NCBI GenBank assembly: GCA_015711825.1
Contig: JACVJD010000001.1
Span: 333-64,332 of the forward strand
Length of the DNA stretch: 64,000 bases
Reading direction: 5' to 3'
From: Candidatus Solincola daggyaiensis
Lineage (GTDB): Bacteria > Actinomycetota > Geothermincolia > Geothermincolales > RBG-13-55-18
Every line of letters starts with the position of its first letter. Positions within the stretch are counted from its first letter, which is position 1. The position numbers and the translations under genes are program-made. Shown here one piece after another: positions 17,362 through 28,465 of the stretch. The notes beneath the pieces are model-generated. The model was not told the origin of the DNA. It was given only the letters and a program-made list of their open reading frames with translations, and did no database searches.

Positions 17362-18917
17362 TTTTTCGCACCCCTTTCCCCTTCTTTACACAACCCGGTC
17401 AGCGCCAGGGGGAGGTGGGAGACGATATCCCCCGCCAGCATACCCACCGCTCCCGTCATGTTGGCCGCCAGCTCCGCCGCCCTGGCGTGCACGTAAACCC
17501 CGCATATCCCGGCCCGCCCGGGATCCAGGCCCTGGGAGAGGAAGGCGGCCGCGCAGCCGGTAAGCACGTCTCCACTACCCGCAGTGGCCATGGCCGGGAG
17601 GGCAAAAGGGTTGATGTGCAAGGATTCCCGGGGAGAAGCGATGAGGCTATATGCCCCTTTGAGCGCCACGGCGCAGCCGAACATCTCCGCCGCTCTGGCG
17701 GCGCATTGCAGGCGCGATCGCTGCACCTCCCTTGCCTCCATTCCCAGCAGACGACCCAGTTCGCCGGGATGTGGGGTGATAAGGGTCGGCCACTCCCTTT
17801 CCTCAAGGGCTCCCGGCTGGGCCGCCGCGCAGTTGATACCGTCAGCGTCCAGCACCAAGGGCTTCCGCGCCCGTCGCAGCAGCTCCCCCACCACCCTCGC
17901 CGTGGAGGCGGCGGTTCCCAGCCCCGGACCCAGGGCAAGGGCGTCATATCCGTCCAGCCTCTCCAGGACGACCTCCAGCGCTTCCTCCGCCAGGTGGCCG
18001 TCCTGTTCCGGAAGGGGAAGGGTCATGACCTCGGTGAGCTTGACCTCCATCACGGGGTTGAGGGAGCGTGGTATGCCCAGGGTAACCACGCCTGCGCCCG
18101 CCCGCATGGCGGAGCGCGCGCAAAGCGCCGCCGCTCCCGTCATCCCCTCGCTTCCCGCCACCACCAGCAAGCGCCCGCACTCGCCCTTATGGGCGTCGGG
18201 GCGCCGGCGGGGAAGCATGGCCGCCACCTCCGCCTCCTCCGTGGTAACGATATCGCTCTTCACCGCCGCTTCCAGCAGGCTTTCCGGAATGCCGATATCC
18301 ACCACCACCAGCTCTCCCACCAGCTCCGCGCCGGGGAAGAGATAGTGGCCCACCTTGGGCCACGCAAAGGTAACGGTACGCGCCGCCCTCACCGCCGGAC
18401 CCTCCACCGACCCCGTCGCCGCATCCATGCCGGAGGGCACATCCACCGCGAGCACGGGGGCACCGCCGCCGTTTATGGCCTCGATGGCCCGGGCGTGCTC
18501 GCCTTCAGCCTTCCCATGGAAGCCGATGCCGAACACCGCGTCTATCGCCAGGTCGAATCGTTCTCCGGCAAGCCTAGGCAGACCGTCCTCCACTCCCGCC
18601 ACTTCACAGCCGGCTTCCACCAGGCGCCGGTGGTTGACCGCCGCGTCCGGTCTCAACCCCGATGCCTCACCCAGGATGACGGTCAAGGTCTCCGCACCCC
18701 AGCTTGAGAGATAGCGCGCGGCCACCAATCCATCCCCCCCGTTGTTGCCCCTGCCCGCCACCACCACCACCCTTTTACCTGCGCACAAACCCACCATATC
18801 GCGCGCCTGCTCCGCCACGTGCTTTCCCGCCCGCTCCATGAGCTGGAGGGAGGGAATGCCCGAGTGCATGGCCGCGCGGTCGAGGGCGGCCATCTCGTCC
18901 GGAAAGACCACTCTCAC
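17358..18917 (-). CDS. nnr: bifunctional NAD(P)H-hydrate repair enzyme Nnr (epimerase + ADP-dependent dehydratase)
   Basis: YjeF-N domain (GKRVVVVAGRGNNGGDGLVAARYL) and C-terminal carbohydrate-kinase-like domain (LLVVAGSEGMTGAAALCARSAMRAGAGVVTL ... GSGDVLTG). GTG start chosen at 18915-18917 with a GTGA overlap on the acpS stop; the 135-codon upstream extension overlaps acpS in another frame. Confidence 0.85.
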   Translation of the reverse strand: MRVVFPDEMAALDRAAMHSGIPSLQLMERAGKHVAEQARDMVGLCAGKRVVVVAGRGNNGGDGLVAARYLSSWGAETLTVILGEASGLRPDAAVNHRRLVEAGCEVAGVEDGLPRLAGERFDLAIDAVFGIGFHGKAEGEHARAIEAINGGGAPVLAVDVPSGMDAATGSVEGPAVRAARTVTFAWPKVGHYLFPGAELVGELVVVDIGIPESLLEAAVKSDIVTTEEAEVAAMLPRRRPDAHKGECGRLLVVAGSEGMTGAAALCARSAMRAGAGVVTLGIPRSLNPVMEVKLTEVMTLPLPEQDGHLAEEALEVVLERLDGYDALALGPGLGTAASTARVVGELLRRARKPLVLDADGINCAAAQPGALEEREWPTLITPHPGELGRLLGMEAREVQRSRLQCAARAAEMFGCAVALKGAYSLIASPRESLHINPFALPAMATAGSGDVLTGCAAAFLSQGLDPGRAGICGVYVHARAAELAANMTGAVGMLAGDIVSHLPLALTGLCKEGERGAKK

Positions 18918-19294
18918 GGTTCCTCCCCAAGTGCCTGTGCCACCGCCACCACCATGCCGCGGGTATGAGAGATGCTCACCAGGATATCGCACACCCCCAG
19001 GCTCGAGGCCAGAGCCCTCGCCTTCCCCGAGAGCTCCAAGCGGGGGCGGCCGCTCTCCTCCCTCAGCAGCTCGATCTCGTGCCAAGAAAACCCCTTCATC
19101 CCCACCCCGAGCGCCTTGGCGGCGGCCTCTTTGGCGGCAAAACAGGTCGCGAAGCGCAGGGCGGGTCGGGAACAGTCGCGGCACCTCGCCTCCTCCCGCG
19201 GCGTGAAAAGGCGCGGCACGAAACCCTCGTGCCGCGCCACGGCCCTCTCTATCCTCTCCACTTCTACCAGGTCCACCCCTATCCCCAGGATACG
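18914..19294 (-). CDS. acpS: holo-[acyl-carrier-protein] synthase
   Basis: ILGIGVDLVEVERIERA...FAAKEAAAKALG...ISISHTRGMVVAVA. Confidence 0.85.
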   Translation of the reverse strand, partial: RILGIGVDLVEVERIERAVARHEGFVPRLFTPREEARCRDCSRPALRFATCFAAKEAAAKALGVGMKGFSWHEIELLREESGRPRLELSGKARALASSLGVCDILVSISHTRGMVVAVAQALGEEP

Positions 19295-19376
19295 CATGTT
19301 CCCCTTCATCCGCGGCCCTCACGTCAGGGAAGAAACGCCAGGGAACCTCATCGGTCCCCGCTACTCGCGCTTTCCC

Positions 19377-21203
19377 TCACTCCACGGTAACCGTCTTGGC
19401 CAGGTTGCGCGGCTGGTCCACGTTGCATCCCCGCATCTTGGCGATATGATAAGCGAGCAGCTGCAAGGCCGGCGCCAGCACCACGGGGTTGAACTGAGGC
19501 CTGACCTCCGGGACGAAGATCGCCTCGTCGCTGAAACCGCCCACCTCATGGTTGCCCCTGGTGGCCATGGCGATCACCGGTGCCTGCCTGGCACGTACCT
19601 CCTCGATGTTGTTACGCACCTTGTCGTAGATGGGGTCGCTGGGAATGAGGGCCACCACCGGAAAACCGGGATGGAGCAAGGCGATGGGACCGTGCTTCAT
19701 CTCTCCCGCCGGGTAGCCCTCGGCGTGGATATACGATATCTCCTTCAGCTTCAGCGCCGCCTCCATGGCCATGGGGTAGTTGATGTTGCGACCCAGGAAT
19801 AGAAAATCCTCGCAGCGGCAGTACTTTTCAGCGCAGGTCTCGACGGCCTCCGTGTCCTCGAGCACCTCCTCTATGCTGCCCGTCAAGCTCTCCAGGTAGG
19901 AGAACACCTCCCGCACAAAGCCCTCCTCCAGAAGCCCCCTCTCCTGCCCCAGGTAGAGGCCGAGGAGATAGACCGCCGCCATCTGTGCGATGAAGGTCTT
20001 GGTCGCCGCCACCCCTATCTCCAGGCCGGCATGGGTATAGAGTACCCCGTCCGATTCCCGCGCCATCATGCTTCCGACCACGTTGACGACGGACAGGGAC
20101 GGGGCCCCGCAGCGCGCCGCCCAGCGCACCGCCCCCATGGTGTCCAGGGTCTCCCCGGACTGGCTCACCGCCACCACCAGGCACGAGGGATCCAGCCGCG
20201 GCTCGCGGTAATAGAACTCGGAGGCGATATCCACCTCCACCGGGATATCCATCCAGGCCTCGAAGATGTAGCGTCCCAGCAGCGAGGCATGATAGGAGGT
20301 GCCGCAGGAAACGAAGATGATGCGCCGGATGGAGCTCAAGTCTATGCCGTGTCCCTCCAGCTCCTCTATGCGCAGCCTCCCCGACCTGTCCAGGCGTCCC
20401 CGTAAGGTGTTCTTCCACGCCTGCGGCTGCTCGTATATCTCCTTGAGCATAAAATCGGCATAGCCGCCTTTCTCCACCGCCGCGACGTCGTAAGGGATCT
20501 CGAAAGGCCGGCGTTCCACCGGCCTGCCGGCGAGGTCGAGGAGCCTCCACGTATCTCTGGTAACCTTTGCCATTTCACCGTTCTCCAAGGCGAGCGCGCG
20601 GTGGGTGCAGTCAAGCAGCGCCGGGGTGGCGGATGCCAGGAGGTTCTCTCCCTCACCCAACCCCAGCACCAGGGGGCTGTCCTTGCGTGCTCCCACCAGC
20701 ACACCAGGCTCGCGTGACGACATGACCACCAGGGCATAGGCCCCCTCCAGCCTCCGCAAAGCCCTCCTTACCGCCTCCAGGAGGTCCCCTTGATATTCCT
20801 CCTCCACCAGGTGGGCCACCACCTCCGAGTCGGTCTGGGAAAGGAAGCGATGCCCCCTGGCGGTCAACTCCTCCCGCAACTCCTGGAAGTTCTCGATGAT
20901 GCCGTTGTGCACCACCGCGATCTCCCCTCTGCAGTCGAGATGGGGGTGGGCGTTCTCGGTGGTGGGATGGCCGTGGGTCGCCCAGCGGGTATGGGCGATG
21001 CCCATGGAGGCTTCCCGGGGCAGCGCTTCAAGATGCGGCTCCAGGCTATCCAGGTTGCCCCTGCGTTTTAGCAGCGAGATCCTTTCCCCGTCGTGTACGG
21101 CGATCCCCGCGGAATCGTATCCCCGGTACTCCAGGCGGCGTAAACCCCGGAAAAGGGTCTCGTTCACGGGGCGGAATCCCACGTAACCGATTATGCCGCA
21201 CAT
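19377..21203 (-). CDS. glmS: glutamine--fructose-6-phosphate aminotransferase
   Basis: MCGIIGYVG N-terminal nucleophile; two SIS domains; ends ...TVTVE; 608 aa. Confidence 0.95.
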   Translation of the reverse strand: MCGIIGYVGFRPVNETLFRGLRRLEYRGYDSAGIAVHDGERISLLKRRGNLDSLEPHLEALPREASMGIAHTRWATHGHPTTENAHPHLDCRGEIAVVHNGIIENFQELREELTARGHRFLSQTDSEVVAHLVEEEYQGDLLEAVRRALRRLEGAYALVVMSSREPGVLVGARKDSPLVLGLGEGENLLASATPALLDCTHRALALENGEMAKVTRDTWRLLDLAGRPVERRPFEIPYDVAAVEKGGYADFMLKEIYEQPQAWKNTLRGRLDRSGRLRIEELEGHGIDLSSIRRIIFVSCGTSYHASLLGRYIFEAWMDIPVEVDIASEFYYREPRLDPSCLVVAVSQSGETLDTMGAVRWAARCGAPSLSVVNVVGSMMARESDGVLYTHAGLEIGVAATKTFIAQMAAVYLLGLYLGQERGLLEEGFVREVFSYLESLTGSIEEVLEDTEAVETCAEKYCRCEDFLFLGRNINYPMAMEAALKLKEISYIHAEGYPAGEMKHGPIALLHPGFPVVALIPSDPIYDKVRNNIEEVRARQAPVIAMATRGNHEVGGFSDEAIFVPEVRPQFNPVVLAPALQLLAYHIAKMRGCNVDQPRNLAKTVTVE

Positions 21204-21204
21204 C

Positions 21205-22560
21205 TCATCCCAACTCCCGCTCGATCAACGCCGCCAGAGTCTGCGCGGCCTCCTCCGCCAGCCCCGCATCCATGGCCTCCACCATCACCCTCACCAGGGG
21301 CTCCGTCCCCGAGGGGCGCAGCAACACGCGTCCCTGGTCGGAAAGGCGCTCCTCCCAATCGCGCCTCGCCCGCGATACCTCGCGCGAGTGCTCCAGGGCG
21401 GACCTATCCCGCACCTTCACGTTGATCAAGACCTGGGGGACACGCTCCACCATGCCCCCGAGGGACGAGAGGCTTTCGCCGCTCTCCGTTATCACCTTCA
21501 TCAACTGCAGCGCCGTCACCAACCCGTCGCCGGTGGTGGCGTGATCGGCGAATATGATATGTCCCGATTGCTCCCCGCCCAGGTTCAGGTCCAGCTCCAG
21601 CATCCTCTCCAGCACGAAACGGTCTCCAACGGAAGCGACATGGACCTCTATACCCTCCCTGCGCATGGCGCGGTGAAAGCCCAGGTTGGACATGACCGTG
21701 GCTACCAGGGCGTTCTTTTTCAGGATGCCCTCCGCCTTCATGTGTATCGCGCAGGCAGCCATGATGACGTCGCCGTCCACCAGCGCCCCCGTCTCGTCCA
21801 CCGCCAGCAGGCGGTCGGCGTCTCCGTCGAAGGCCAAACCGAAGTGCGCCCTCTCCTCCACCACCGCCCGCTGCAAGCCCTCCGGCCGGGTTGAACCGCA
21901 GGCGCAGTTGATGTTGAGTCCGTCCGGATCCACACCCAAGGCGACCACTTCCGCCCCCAGCTCGCTCAGGAGGCGGGGAGCAAGGCGGTAAACGGCGCCG
22001 TTTGCGCAGTCCACCACCACCTTCATCCCCGAGAGGTCGGGGTCGGCAACGGACAAAAGATGTTCCAGGTAGAGCGCCTCCGCATCGCCGGTGTGGCATA
22101 CGCAGCCTACACGATCACCGTCCGGACGACCATCCCCCATCTCGCCGCGCACCAGGGACTCGATGGTCCACTCTATCTCGTCGGGCAGCTTGTAACCGCT
22201 ATGGTGGAAGAACTTTATGCCGTTGTCGCGCGCCGGGTTGTGGGAAGCGGAGATAACCACCCCCGCGTCGGCGCCTTTCCTGCGCGTAAGGTAGGCCACT
22301 GCCGGGGTAGGGATGATCCCAAGGCACTCCGCCCGACCCCCTCGGGAGCATATCCCGGCTGCCAGGGCGGACTCCAGCATAGTGCCCGATATGCGCGTAT
22401 CCCGGCCGATGACCAGGAAGGGGTGAGGGTTTCCGCAGGCCAGCGCCTCCACCGCCGCGCTTCCCACCCGCATGGCGAGCTCCGGTGTGAGTTCCAGGTT
22501 TGCTATGCCCCTTATCCCGTCGGTGCCGAAAAGCCGCCGCCCTTCAACGGTATCCCGCAT
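21205..22560 (-). CDS. glmM: phosphoglucosamine mutase
   Basis: LFGTDGIRG...ISASHNPARDNGIKFF; start placed at MRDTVEG with GGGAG RBS 7 nt upstream. Confidence 0.9.
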   Translation of the reverse strand: MRDTVEGRRLFGTDGIRGIANLELTPELAMRVGSAAVEALACGNPHPFLVIGRDTRISGTMLESALAAGICSRGGRAECLGIIPTPAVAYLTRRKGADAGVVISASHNPARDNGIKFFHHSGYKLPDEIEWTIESLVRGEMGDGRPDGDRVGCVCHTGDAEALYLEHLLSVADPDLSGMKVVVDCANGAVYRLAPRLLSELGAEVVALGVDPDGLNINCACGSTRPEGLQRAVVEERAHFGLAFDGDADRLLAVDETGALVDGDVIMAACAIHMKAEGILKKNALVATVMSNLGFHRAMRREGIEVHVASVGDRFVLERMLELDLNLGGEQSGHIIFADHATTGDGLVTALQLMKVITESGESLSSLGGMVERVPQVLINVKVRDRSALEHSREVSRARRDWEERLSDQGRVLLRPSGTEPLVRVMVEAMDAGLAEEAAQTLAALIERELG

Positions 22561-22944
22561 GGCACTCTCCCGTTTTTCCATATCAGGACTATAGCACCCG
22601 CGCTTTCCGCCCTTCAAGAAAAGCCCGTCCTCGCTCCTCTTTCCCGACCAGACCCGGCGCCGCGCTCTCCGGCTAGAGCATACGGCGGGTTCTCCATCTA
22701 CCTTCATGCCCTCATCTACCGCCGGACAAGAGTGCGCCATCCTTTTTTGGTGTCCAAATCAGCAAGCCATATGCAACCGCAATAGAGACGGTTTCACTTG
22801 CGCCCCGCGGGTGCTTTCATCCCCGCATGTTGCGGCTTCCGCGCGACGCCAACCCCCATCCCTAAAAAACCCCGCTCCGCAAGGGAGTAAAGGCGCGAGG
22901 GCGCTCGCCGGACTCATCGGGTATGAGTTGGATAAAGATGGGGG

Positions 22945-23358
22945 TCAGCGCTTGGAGAACTGCGGGCGTTTACGGGCTTTCTTCAATCCGTACTTCTTGC
23001 GCTCCTTCATGCGCGGGTCACGCCTCAGAAGCCCCGCCTTCTTGAGGTCGGTGCGAAGGGTATCGTCGCAGTCAACCAGGGCGCGGGCTATGCCGTGGCT
23101 GAGCGCTCCCGCCTGCCCGGAGATGCCGCCTCCTTTGATGGTGGCCTTGATACGGTAACGCTCGGTGCTCGCGGACACCTCCAGGGGCTGCATGATCTGG
23201 TAACGCAGGGTCGGGCGGGGAAAATATTCCTCCAGGGTCTTGCCGTTTATGGAGAACTCCCCCTCTCCGGGGTAAAGCCAGACCCTGGCCACCGCCTCTT
23301 TGCGCCTTCCCGTTCCATATCCCAGATGTTGCGGCAAGCCCTTCACCCGCCCTTTCAA
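22945..23358 (-). CDS. rpsI: 30S ribosomal protein S9
   Basis: [13 protein letters not shown]...[19 protein letters not shown]...[12 protein letters not shown]. Confidence 0.95.
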   Translation of the reverse strand: MKGRVKGLPQHLGYGTGRRKEAVARVWLYPGEGEFSINGKTLEEYFPRPTLRYQIMQPLEVSASTERYRIKATIKGGGISGQAGALSHGIARALVDCDDTLRTDLKKAGLLRRDPRMKERKKYGLKKARKRPQFSKR

Positions 23359-23798
23359 CGGCCTTTCACGGCCAGTTCTATCCTTTCGGGCCTCTGTGCC
23401 TGGTGTGGGTGGTCGGGGCCCGCGTACACGTGCAGCTTCTTGAGCATAGACCTCCCAAGGCGGTTCTTGGGAAGCATGCCCCTTACCGCCTTCTCCACCA
23501 CCAGCTCCGGCTTGTCCTTGAGGAGGACCTCGTAGGGAGTCTCCTTCAACCCGCCGGGATAGCCCGAATGCCTATAGTGCACCTTATCCCGCAGCTTGTT
23601 GCCGGTGAGCACGACCTTATCGGCGTTCACCACCACCACGTGGTCTCCCACGTCCATGTGGGTGGTGAAGATGGGCTTGTTCTTGCCGCGGAGGATCTTG
23701 GCCAGCTCCGCCGCCAGCCTACCCAGGACCAGGCCCTCGGCGTCAACCAAAAACCACGACCTGGTGATATCGGCCTTTTTAACGCTATAGGTCTTCAT
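23355..23798 (-). CDS. rplM: 50S ribosomal protein L13
   Basis: [33 protein letters not shown]...; trimmed from ORF to MKTYS. Confidence 0.95.
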   Translation of the reverse strand: MKTYSVKKADITRSWFLVDAEGLVLGRLAAELAKILRGKNKPIFTTHMDVGDHVVVVNADKVVLTGNKLRDKVHYRHSGYPGGLKETPYEVLLKDKPELVVEKAVRGMLPKNRLGRSMLKKLHVYAGPDHPHQAQRPERIELAVKGR

Positions 23799-23905
23799 GC
23801 TCCTCGCGCGCTTTGCTCCGTCCAATCCATTGCACGACAAACAATAATGATAGAGGCGCGCTCCCTGCCTGTCAAGGCAAATGAAGCAGCCCACCGCAGC
23901 CGTCC

Positions 23906-24631
23906 CTATCTGGGACTCAGCCTGCCGTCGGCCATATGAAAGGCGCGGTCCGCCACTCCCAGGATGGACTCGTCATGGGTCACGATGAGCACGCACCTGC
24001 CGTCCTCGCGGGCCAGACGCACCAGGATATCCACCACCGTACCGCCGGTGGCGCTGTCCAGGTTGCCCGTGGGCTCGTCTGCCAGGATGATCTGCGGGTC
24101 GTTGGCCAGGGCACGGGCGATGGCTACGCGCTGCTTTTCTCCCCCGCTCAAGCGGTTGGCCCTGGTGCGCTGCAACCTGCGGTCGATACCCATGCGCTCC
24201 AGGAGCTCCACCGCCCTCCTTTCCTGCTCTGCCGAGGGAACGGCCGATAGATCCATGGGTAAAGCGACGTTTTCCAAGGCGGTAAGGGCGGTCACGAGGT
24301 TGAAGAACTGGAAAATGAAGCCTACTCTCCTGCGTCGGTAGGCTATGAGATCCACGCCTGGGGCGCAGATATCCTCACCGGAGACCAAGATCTTGCCCTG
24401 GTCCGGTTTCTCCAGCGAACCCAGGATATATAAGAGGGTGGTTTTTCCGGACCCCGAAGGCCCCACTATCACCACCACCTCCCCCTGTTGCGCCGTGAAG
24501 GAAACCCCGTCGACCGCCCTGACCTCGCCGGCCTTGCTGCGGAAAGTCTTGGAAACATCCGCCACTTCAAGAAGGGCGCCGCCCACACCCCCGAGGTTAT
24601 TTCCATAATCCTCCATAGGCTCAGGCACCAT
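23906..24631 (-). CDS. ABC transporter ATP-binding protein (MacB/LolD/FtsE-like)
   Basis: Walker [10 protein letters not shown], signature [15 protein letters not shown], Walker [12 protein letters not shown]. Confidence 0.85.
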   Translation of the reverse strand: MVPEPMEDYGNNLGGVGGALLEVADVSKTFRSKAGEVRAVDGVSFTAQQGEVVVIVGPSGSGKTTLLYILGSLEKPDQGKILVSGEDICAPGVDLIAYRRRRVGFIFQFFNLVTALTALENVALPMDLSAVPSAEQERRAVELLERMGIDRRLQRTRANRLSGGEKQRVAIARALANDPQIILADEPTGNLDSATGGTVVDILVRLAREDGRCVLIVTHDESILGVADRAFHMADGRLSPR

Positions 24632-24639
24632 GTCCTCCT

Positions 24640-26154
24640 TCACTCCATGCTCAAGACCCTGGCCGGCTCGAGGCGGTTTATCCATGCCACCGGTATGGCC
24701 ATCCCCAGCAGGCTTATCCCCAGCAGGATGAGGATGCCGTAGGCGAGCATCCTCCCCTGGTAGACCACGTTCAACTGCGCCTCCTCTTTCTCGCCGCCGG
24801 GAAGGGAGAAGAGCCCGCCTTCCTTGTAGAGGTTGCGCTCGGTAAGCCGCGCCATCATGGCAGCGTACCCGGATGCCTCCTCCCCTTCCTCCACCACCCG
24901 GCCGTTCTCGCTTCCCGAGAGCAGCCAGTCTCCGATGCCCTGGCTGACCAGGGCGGTGGCCAAGGTGGCCAGTGCTATGGCGACAAGGCAGATGCAGAGC
25001 ACCTCCACGGCGTATTGCGTCACCACCTGGCGGTCCGTGGCCCCTATGGCCTTGAGTACCCCCAGCTCGCGGGTGCGGCCCCCCACGATGATGGCCATGG
25101 CCAAGAGGATAATGAGGGCGCTTGCGCCCAGCGCTCCCCCGAATCCTATGAGCGAGGTCTTTCCCACTTTTTCCAGGGGATCGGAGATCAACCGGTAGTC
25201 GGCCTCGTCGGTGACGAACTCGTAGCGGTCGGAATCCCCCCTCGCCTCCGCGAACGCCTCCCTTAGCTCCTCGGTGTGATCCACGCTGTCGAAATAATAC
25301 GATCCCAGCTCCACGTATCCCGGCGTCTTGTTGAGCGTCTGCACCACCGAGAGGGGGGCAAAGAACTTGTTGCCCGCGGGGTTGAAGGTTGCGAAAGAGC
25401 CTTTCTGGCTCTGGCGTTCCGCCTCCACCGTCTCGTATATGCCCACCACCTCCAGCTTGACCTCCGCCTTCTTGCCCGACTCGCCGCTTACCCGCGCCGT
25501 TACCGTGTCCCCTACCTCGATCCCGTTCTCGTCCGCCAGGTTCCTCTCCACCAGCACCACGGGGTTGGCCTCCAGGTGGTCGGCATAGGTGTAGAAGCTA
25601 CCGGCGATGAGTCGCTTGGACCCGTTCAGGAACTCCGAGGCGGATGCGCCGTTGGTATTGCCCTCGAAAACGAAGGTATGCTCGGTGATGCCCGAAGCGG
25701 CCGCTCCCTCCTTTATCTCCTTGCTCAAGTCGAGCATGCTGGAAAGCTCCACGTTCTTTATGCCCGGCACGGTGACCCCGGCGGTGAGGATCTTGTCATA
25801 GGTGAGGATATAGCGGTGGCGAGAGAATGCGTCCGCCAGCTCCTCCGGCACCAGCGTCTTCGCCCTCTCCTCCAGCTCCTCCTCCTCCGACATGCCGCGG
25901 ACCTCGCGTGCGCGTTCCGCCTCGCTCTTGCCCCTCTCCCGCTCGAAGGTGGACATCATGTACCCGGAGCTGGAGCGGATCTCGCCGTAGTTGCCTATCC
26001 TTCCCTTCACCGCCTCGGTCTGACTGTCCGCCGCGAGCTTCACCGCCAGCATGGAGAGGCAAAAGGTCAGGCAGACGAACAGCAGCAACACCACCACCAG
26101 GTTGGCGGCGGGATGACGGCGGAAGCTCCTGAAACCCCTTTTCAGCGCGCGCAT
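24640..26154 (-). CDS. ABC transporter permease, FtsX/MacB-type with large periplasmic domain
   Basis: N-terminal TM, ~300-aa extracytoplasmic region, C-terminal FtsX-like 3-TM module (LKAIGATDRQVV...). Confidence 0.8.
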   Translation of the reverse strand: MRALKRGFRSFRRHPAANLVVVLLLFVCLTFCLSMLAVKLAADSQTEAVKGRIGNYGEIRSSSGYMMSTFERERGKSEAERAREVRGMSEEEELEERAKTLVPEELADAFSRHRYILTYDKILTAGVTVPGIKNVELSSMLDLSKEIKEGAAASGITEHTFVFEGNTNGASASEFLNGSKRLIAGSFYTYADHLEANPVVLVERNLADENGIEVGDTVTARVSGESGKKAEVKLEVVGIYETVEAERQSQKGSFATFNPAGNKFFAPLSVVQTLNKTPGYVELGSYYFDSVDHTEELREAFAEARGDSDRYEFVTDEADYRLISDPLEKVGKTSLIGFGGALGASALIILLAMAIIVGGRTRELGVLKAIGATDRQVVTQYAVEVLCICLVAIALATLATALVSQGIGDWLLSGSENGRVVEEGEEASGYAAMMARLTERNLYKEGGLFSLPGGEKEEAQLNVVYQGRMLAYGILILLGISLLGMAIPVAWINRLEPARVLSME

Positions 26155-26170
26155 GCCCGCCTCCCCGCCT

Positions 26171-26923
26171 TCAGTCCGGGTATGCGGCGAGGTTTATCTC
26201 CGCCTCGTCGCCGGCGTCGTCGCCCCGTTGCTTGCGCACCACCAGATTGGTGGAATCCTTGCCGACCTCTCGGTTACGCGCCACGCTGGTGGGGTTGAGG
26301 TCGCAGAAGAGAAAAACCCCCTCCAGGATCTCGCCCGCTTTGAGCTTGCGTGAAGCCGGCTGCAGAGTGGCGTAATCCAGGAGAACCACGGAGACCATGT
26401 TGTTGGACACGTATTCCCCGAACCTGGGATCGGAGCCGTAATACTCCTGGTAGGAACGGGCATCGATGCCCGGGCTCCACAGCCGGAAGGAGAACTCCGA
26501 AAGGTCCACGATGCCGTCGCTGACGTTCTCCGCCAGAAGCTCTATCTCCAGGTAATCACCCTGCACCTCGGGTTGCCCCGCACCCGCTACTACGGCGTTG
26601 GAATCCGGACGTCTCGCCTCCACTACCGTGAACCGCACCCCCGCCAGCTCCACCGCGGCACGCAGCGAACCCACCGTGCCCACCGCCGTGTTCTCCACCG
26701 CCTCCTTTTCCCCGTCCAGCGGTGACCCGGCACCGCTTCCCGTGGTCTTGACCAGCATCTCCTCGCTGGTACCCGGGGGATATTTCGCTGCATCTCCTGC
26801 GGGTTGCCCTTGCTCCGTCCCGCCACCACAGGAGGCCAGCAGGAGCGCGCATGCCAACATGAGGGCGGTTGCCGCCGGCACCGCCAACGGCGTCCTCCCG
26901 CGTTCTCGGTGTTTTACCGCCAT
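26171..26923 (-). CDS. lipoprotein (DUF4352-like), likely partner of the adjacent ABC pair
   Basis: signal peptide + lipobox LLASCGG; beta-rich body. Confidence 0.55.
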   Translation of the reverse strand: MAVKHRERGRTPLAVPAATALMLACALLLASCGGGTEQGQPAGDAAKYPPGTSEEMLVKTTGSGAGSPLDGEKEAVENTAVGTVGSLRAAVELAGVRFTVVEARRPDSNAVVAGAGQPEVQGDYLEIELLAENVSDGIVDLSEFSFRLWSPGIDARSYQEYYGSDPRFGEYVSNNMVSVVLLDYATLQPASRKLKAGEILEGVFLFCDLNPTSVARNREVGKDSTNLVVRKQRGDDAGDEAEINLAAYPD

Positions 26924-27212
26924 CCGGCCTTCCTTTCCCTCCGCTTGCCCTTCATCCTGCCTTTTCCATTAAAGGCGGTGCCTGTTATGTTTCGGTTAAG
27001 AAATCGTTAGTTTCCACTTAAAGCTGAAGCCGCGCCGCCGGAGCCTCTCCGGGATCAGGACCCGGTCAGGCGCTTCCATTGTCGGGTAGATATACCATGG
27101 GGCGCTGCGATAATGGGGCCATTGCAGGGCAAGCTCGCCTTTGGTGTCCAATCGCGGCACGAGGTCGCGGTCGGGCGGGCACCGGGGGAGCGAAACCCTG
27201 ACGTGGACCCGC

Positions 27213-28289
27213 TCAGCTCTCCGAGGCCATGCGCTCCTTGAGCAAGGTTATGACCTCCACCGGGGTAGGGTCGATGCCGTTGAGCACCGCCAGGTAGGCG
27301 CTCACGAAATCCCCCAGGTGCACGGCGCTGAAAAGACGCTCCGTGCGCGTGCTTCCGCCCACGCGCAGCACCGTCACCCCTCCCACCTTATCCCGCAAGA
27401 TGTCCGCGGTTATCTCCACCCTCTTCGCCACCCTCGAGGCGTCATCCTCCTCGGCCAGGAAGATGGCCTCCACCCTTGCGGCGAGATCGTCCGGCACATG
27501 CCAGCCGACGATCTCGTTATGGTTCATCTCCGGCAAGGTGTGGCAGAAGGCGGGCACCTTGGAGTTCTCGTTGAACTGGCACTTCCAGCGGTAGGCCGCC
27601 ACCGACAATATACCCTCCACACCGTAGATGACGGGGATTTTTCCTCGCAGTCGCGACGCCAGCTGCTTGGCGAAGTTTCTCTCCAGCGGGTTAAGCCGCC
27701 CCCATTCCTCCACCTTGAGGCGCAGCGATTCCGCGGTATCGTGGGCAACCTTGGTGAAGCCCTGTATAAGCCCCATCCTCTCCATGGCCGCCGCCGCCGT
27801 AAGCGAAAGGTATCCAAGGGCCGCCCTCGGCTGCAGCCCTCCCGGCACCACCAGGGCGGGAAAACGGTTGGCGCGCGCCCTCTCCAGGAGCTTTCCGCCC
27901 GTGGTTATCGCCAGCACCCTGCATCCCAGGTAAACGGCGTCGTCCAGGGCGGAAAGGGTCTCCTCGGTGTTGCCCGAGTAACTGACGAAAACCGCCAGGG
28001 TATCGGGTCCCAGCAGGCTGGGTAGGCGGTAAGAGCGATGCACGCTCATGGGCATCCCCGCCACGTCCTCGAGCAAGGCCTTAAGGATATCGCCGCCGAT
28101 GGCTGATCCTCCCATGCCCACAAAGGCCAGCCTGGATACGCCCTCCGCCTCCGGAAGCTGGGAAGCGTCCCTGCCCAGGTTAAGCGCCTCGGAGCACTGT
28201 CGAGGGAAGTCCTCTATTGCCGCCAGCATTCCCCCCGGGTCCATATCTCCCAGGGCCGTCACGTCGTCCAAGCTCACTTGCTCCCGCAT
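27213..28289 (-). CDS. bifunctional phosphoglucose/phosphomannose isomerase (SIS domain)
   Basis: AFVGMGGSAIGGDIL ... VFVSYSGNTEETL, the archaeal/actinobacterial PGI/PMI family. Confidence 0.8.
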   Translation of the reverse strand: MREQVSLDDVTALGDMDPGGMLAAIEDFPRQCSEALNLGRDASQLPEAEGVSRLAFVGMGGSAIGGDILKALLEDVAGMPMSVHRSYRLPSLLGPDTLAVFVSYSGNTEETLSALDDAVYLGCRVLAITTGGKLLERARANRFPALVVPGGLQPRAALGYLSLTAAAAMERMGLIQGFTKVAHDTAESLRLKVEEWGRLNPLERNFAKQLASRLRGKIPVIYGVEGILSVAAYRWKCQFNENSKVPAFCHTLPEMNHNEIVGWHVPDDLAARVEAIFLAEEDDASRVAKRVEITADILRDKVGGVTVLRVGGSTRTERLFSAVHLGDFVSAYLAVLNGIDPTPVEVITLLKERMASES

Positions 28290-28430
28290 GGAAACCCCCT
28301 TACATGATAGCCGACACCCGATATCCTCCCGAACGCGCGACGGTTTCTTTAGGCTCCGTTGCCGCGACGCCGCGCCGCCACGAACGATTCCTCCCGCGCA
28401 TGCGAGACCCCGCGATGCGCTTTTCCGCTA

Positions 28431-28439
28431 TGGTAGAAT
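28431..28439 (+). promoter_or_regulatory. candidate extended -10 promoter (TGgTAGAAT) inside the 10-bp palindrome TAGAATTCTA
   Basis: located 27 nt upstream of the GTG start at 28466, which is preceded by RBS aaaggagg. Confidence 0.3.
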
Positions 28440-28465
28440 TCTAGCATGCATGAAAGGAGGCAGGC

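Noticed and set aside
17415-18707. 430-aa plus-strand ORF and other ORFs overlapping nnr
   Set aside because: Opposite or alternate frames of the well-supported Nnr gene; R/H/G-rich.
25276-26298. 340-aa plus-strand ORF overlapping the FtsX-type permease
   Set aside because: Antisense artefact; the permease has a clear FtsX C-terminal module.
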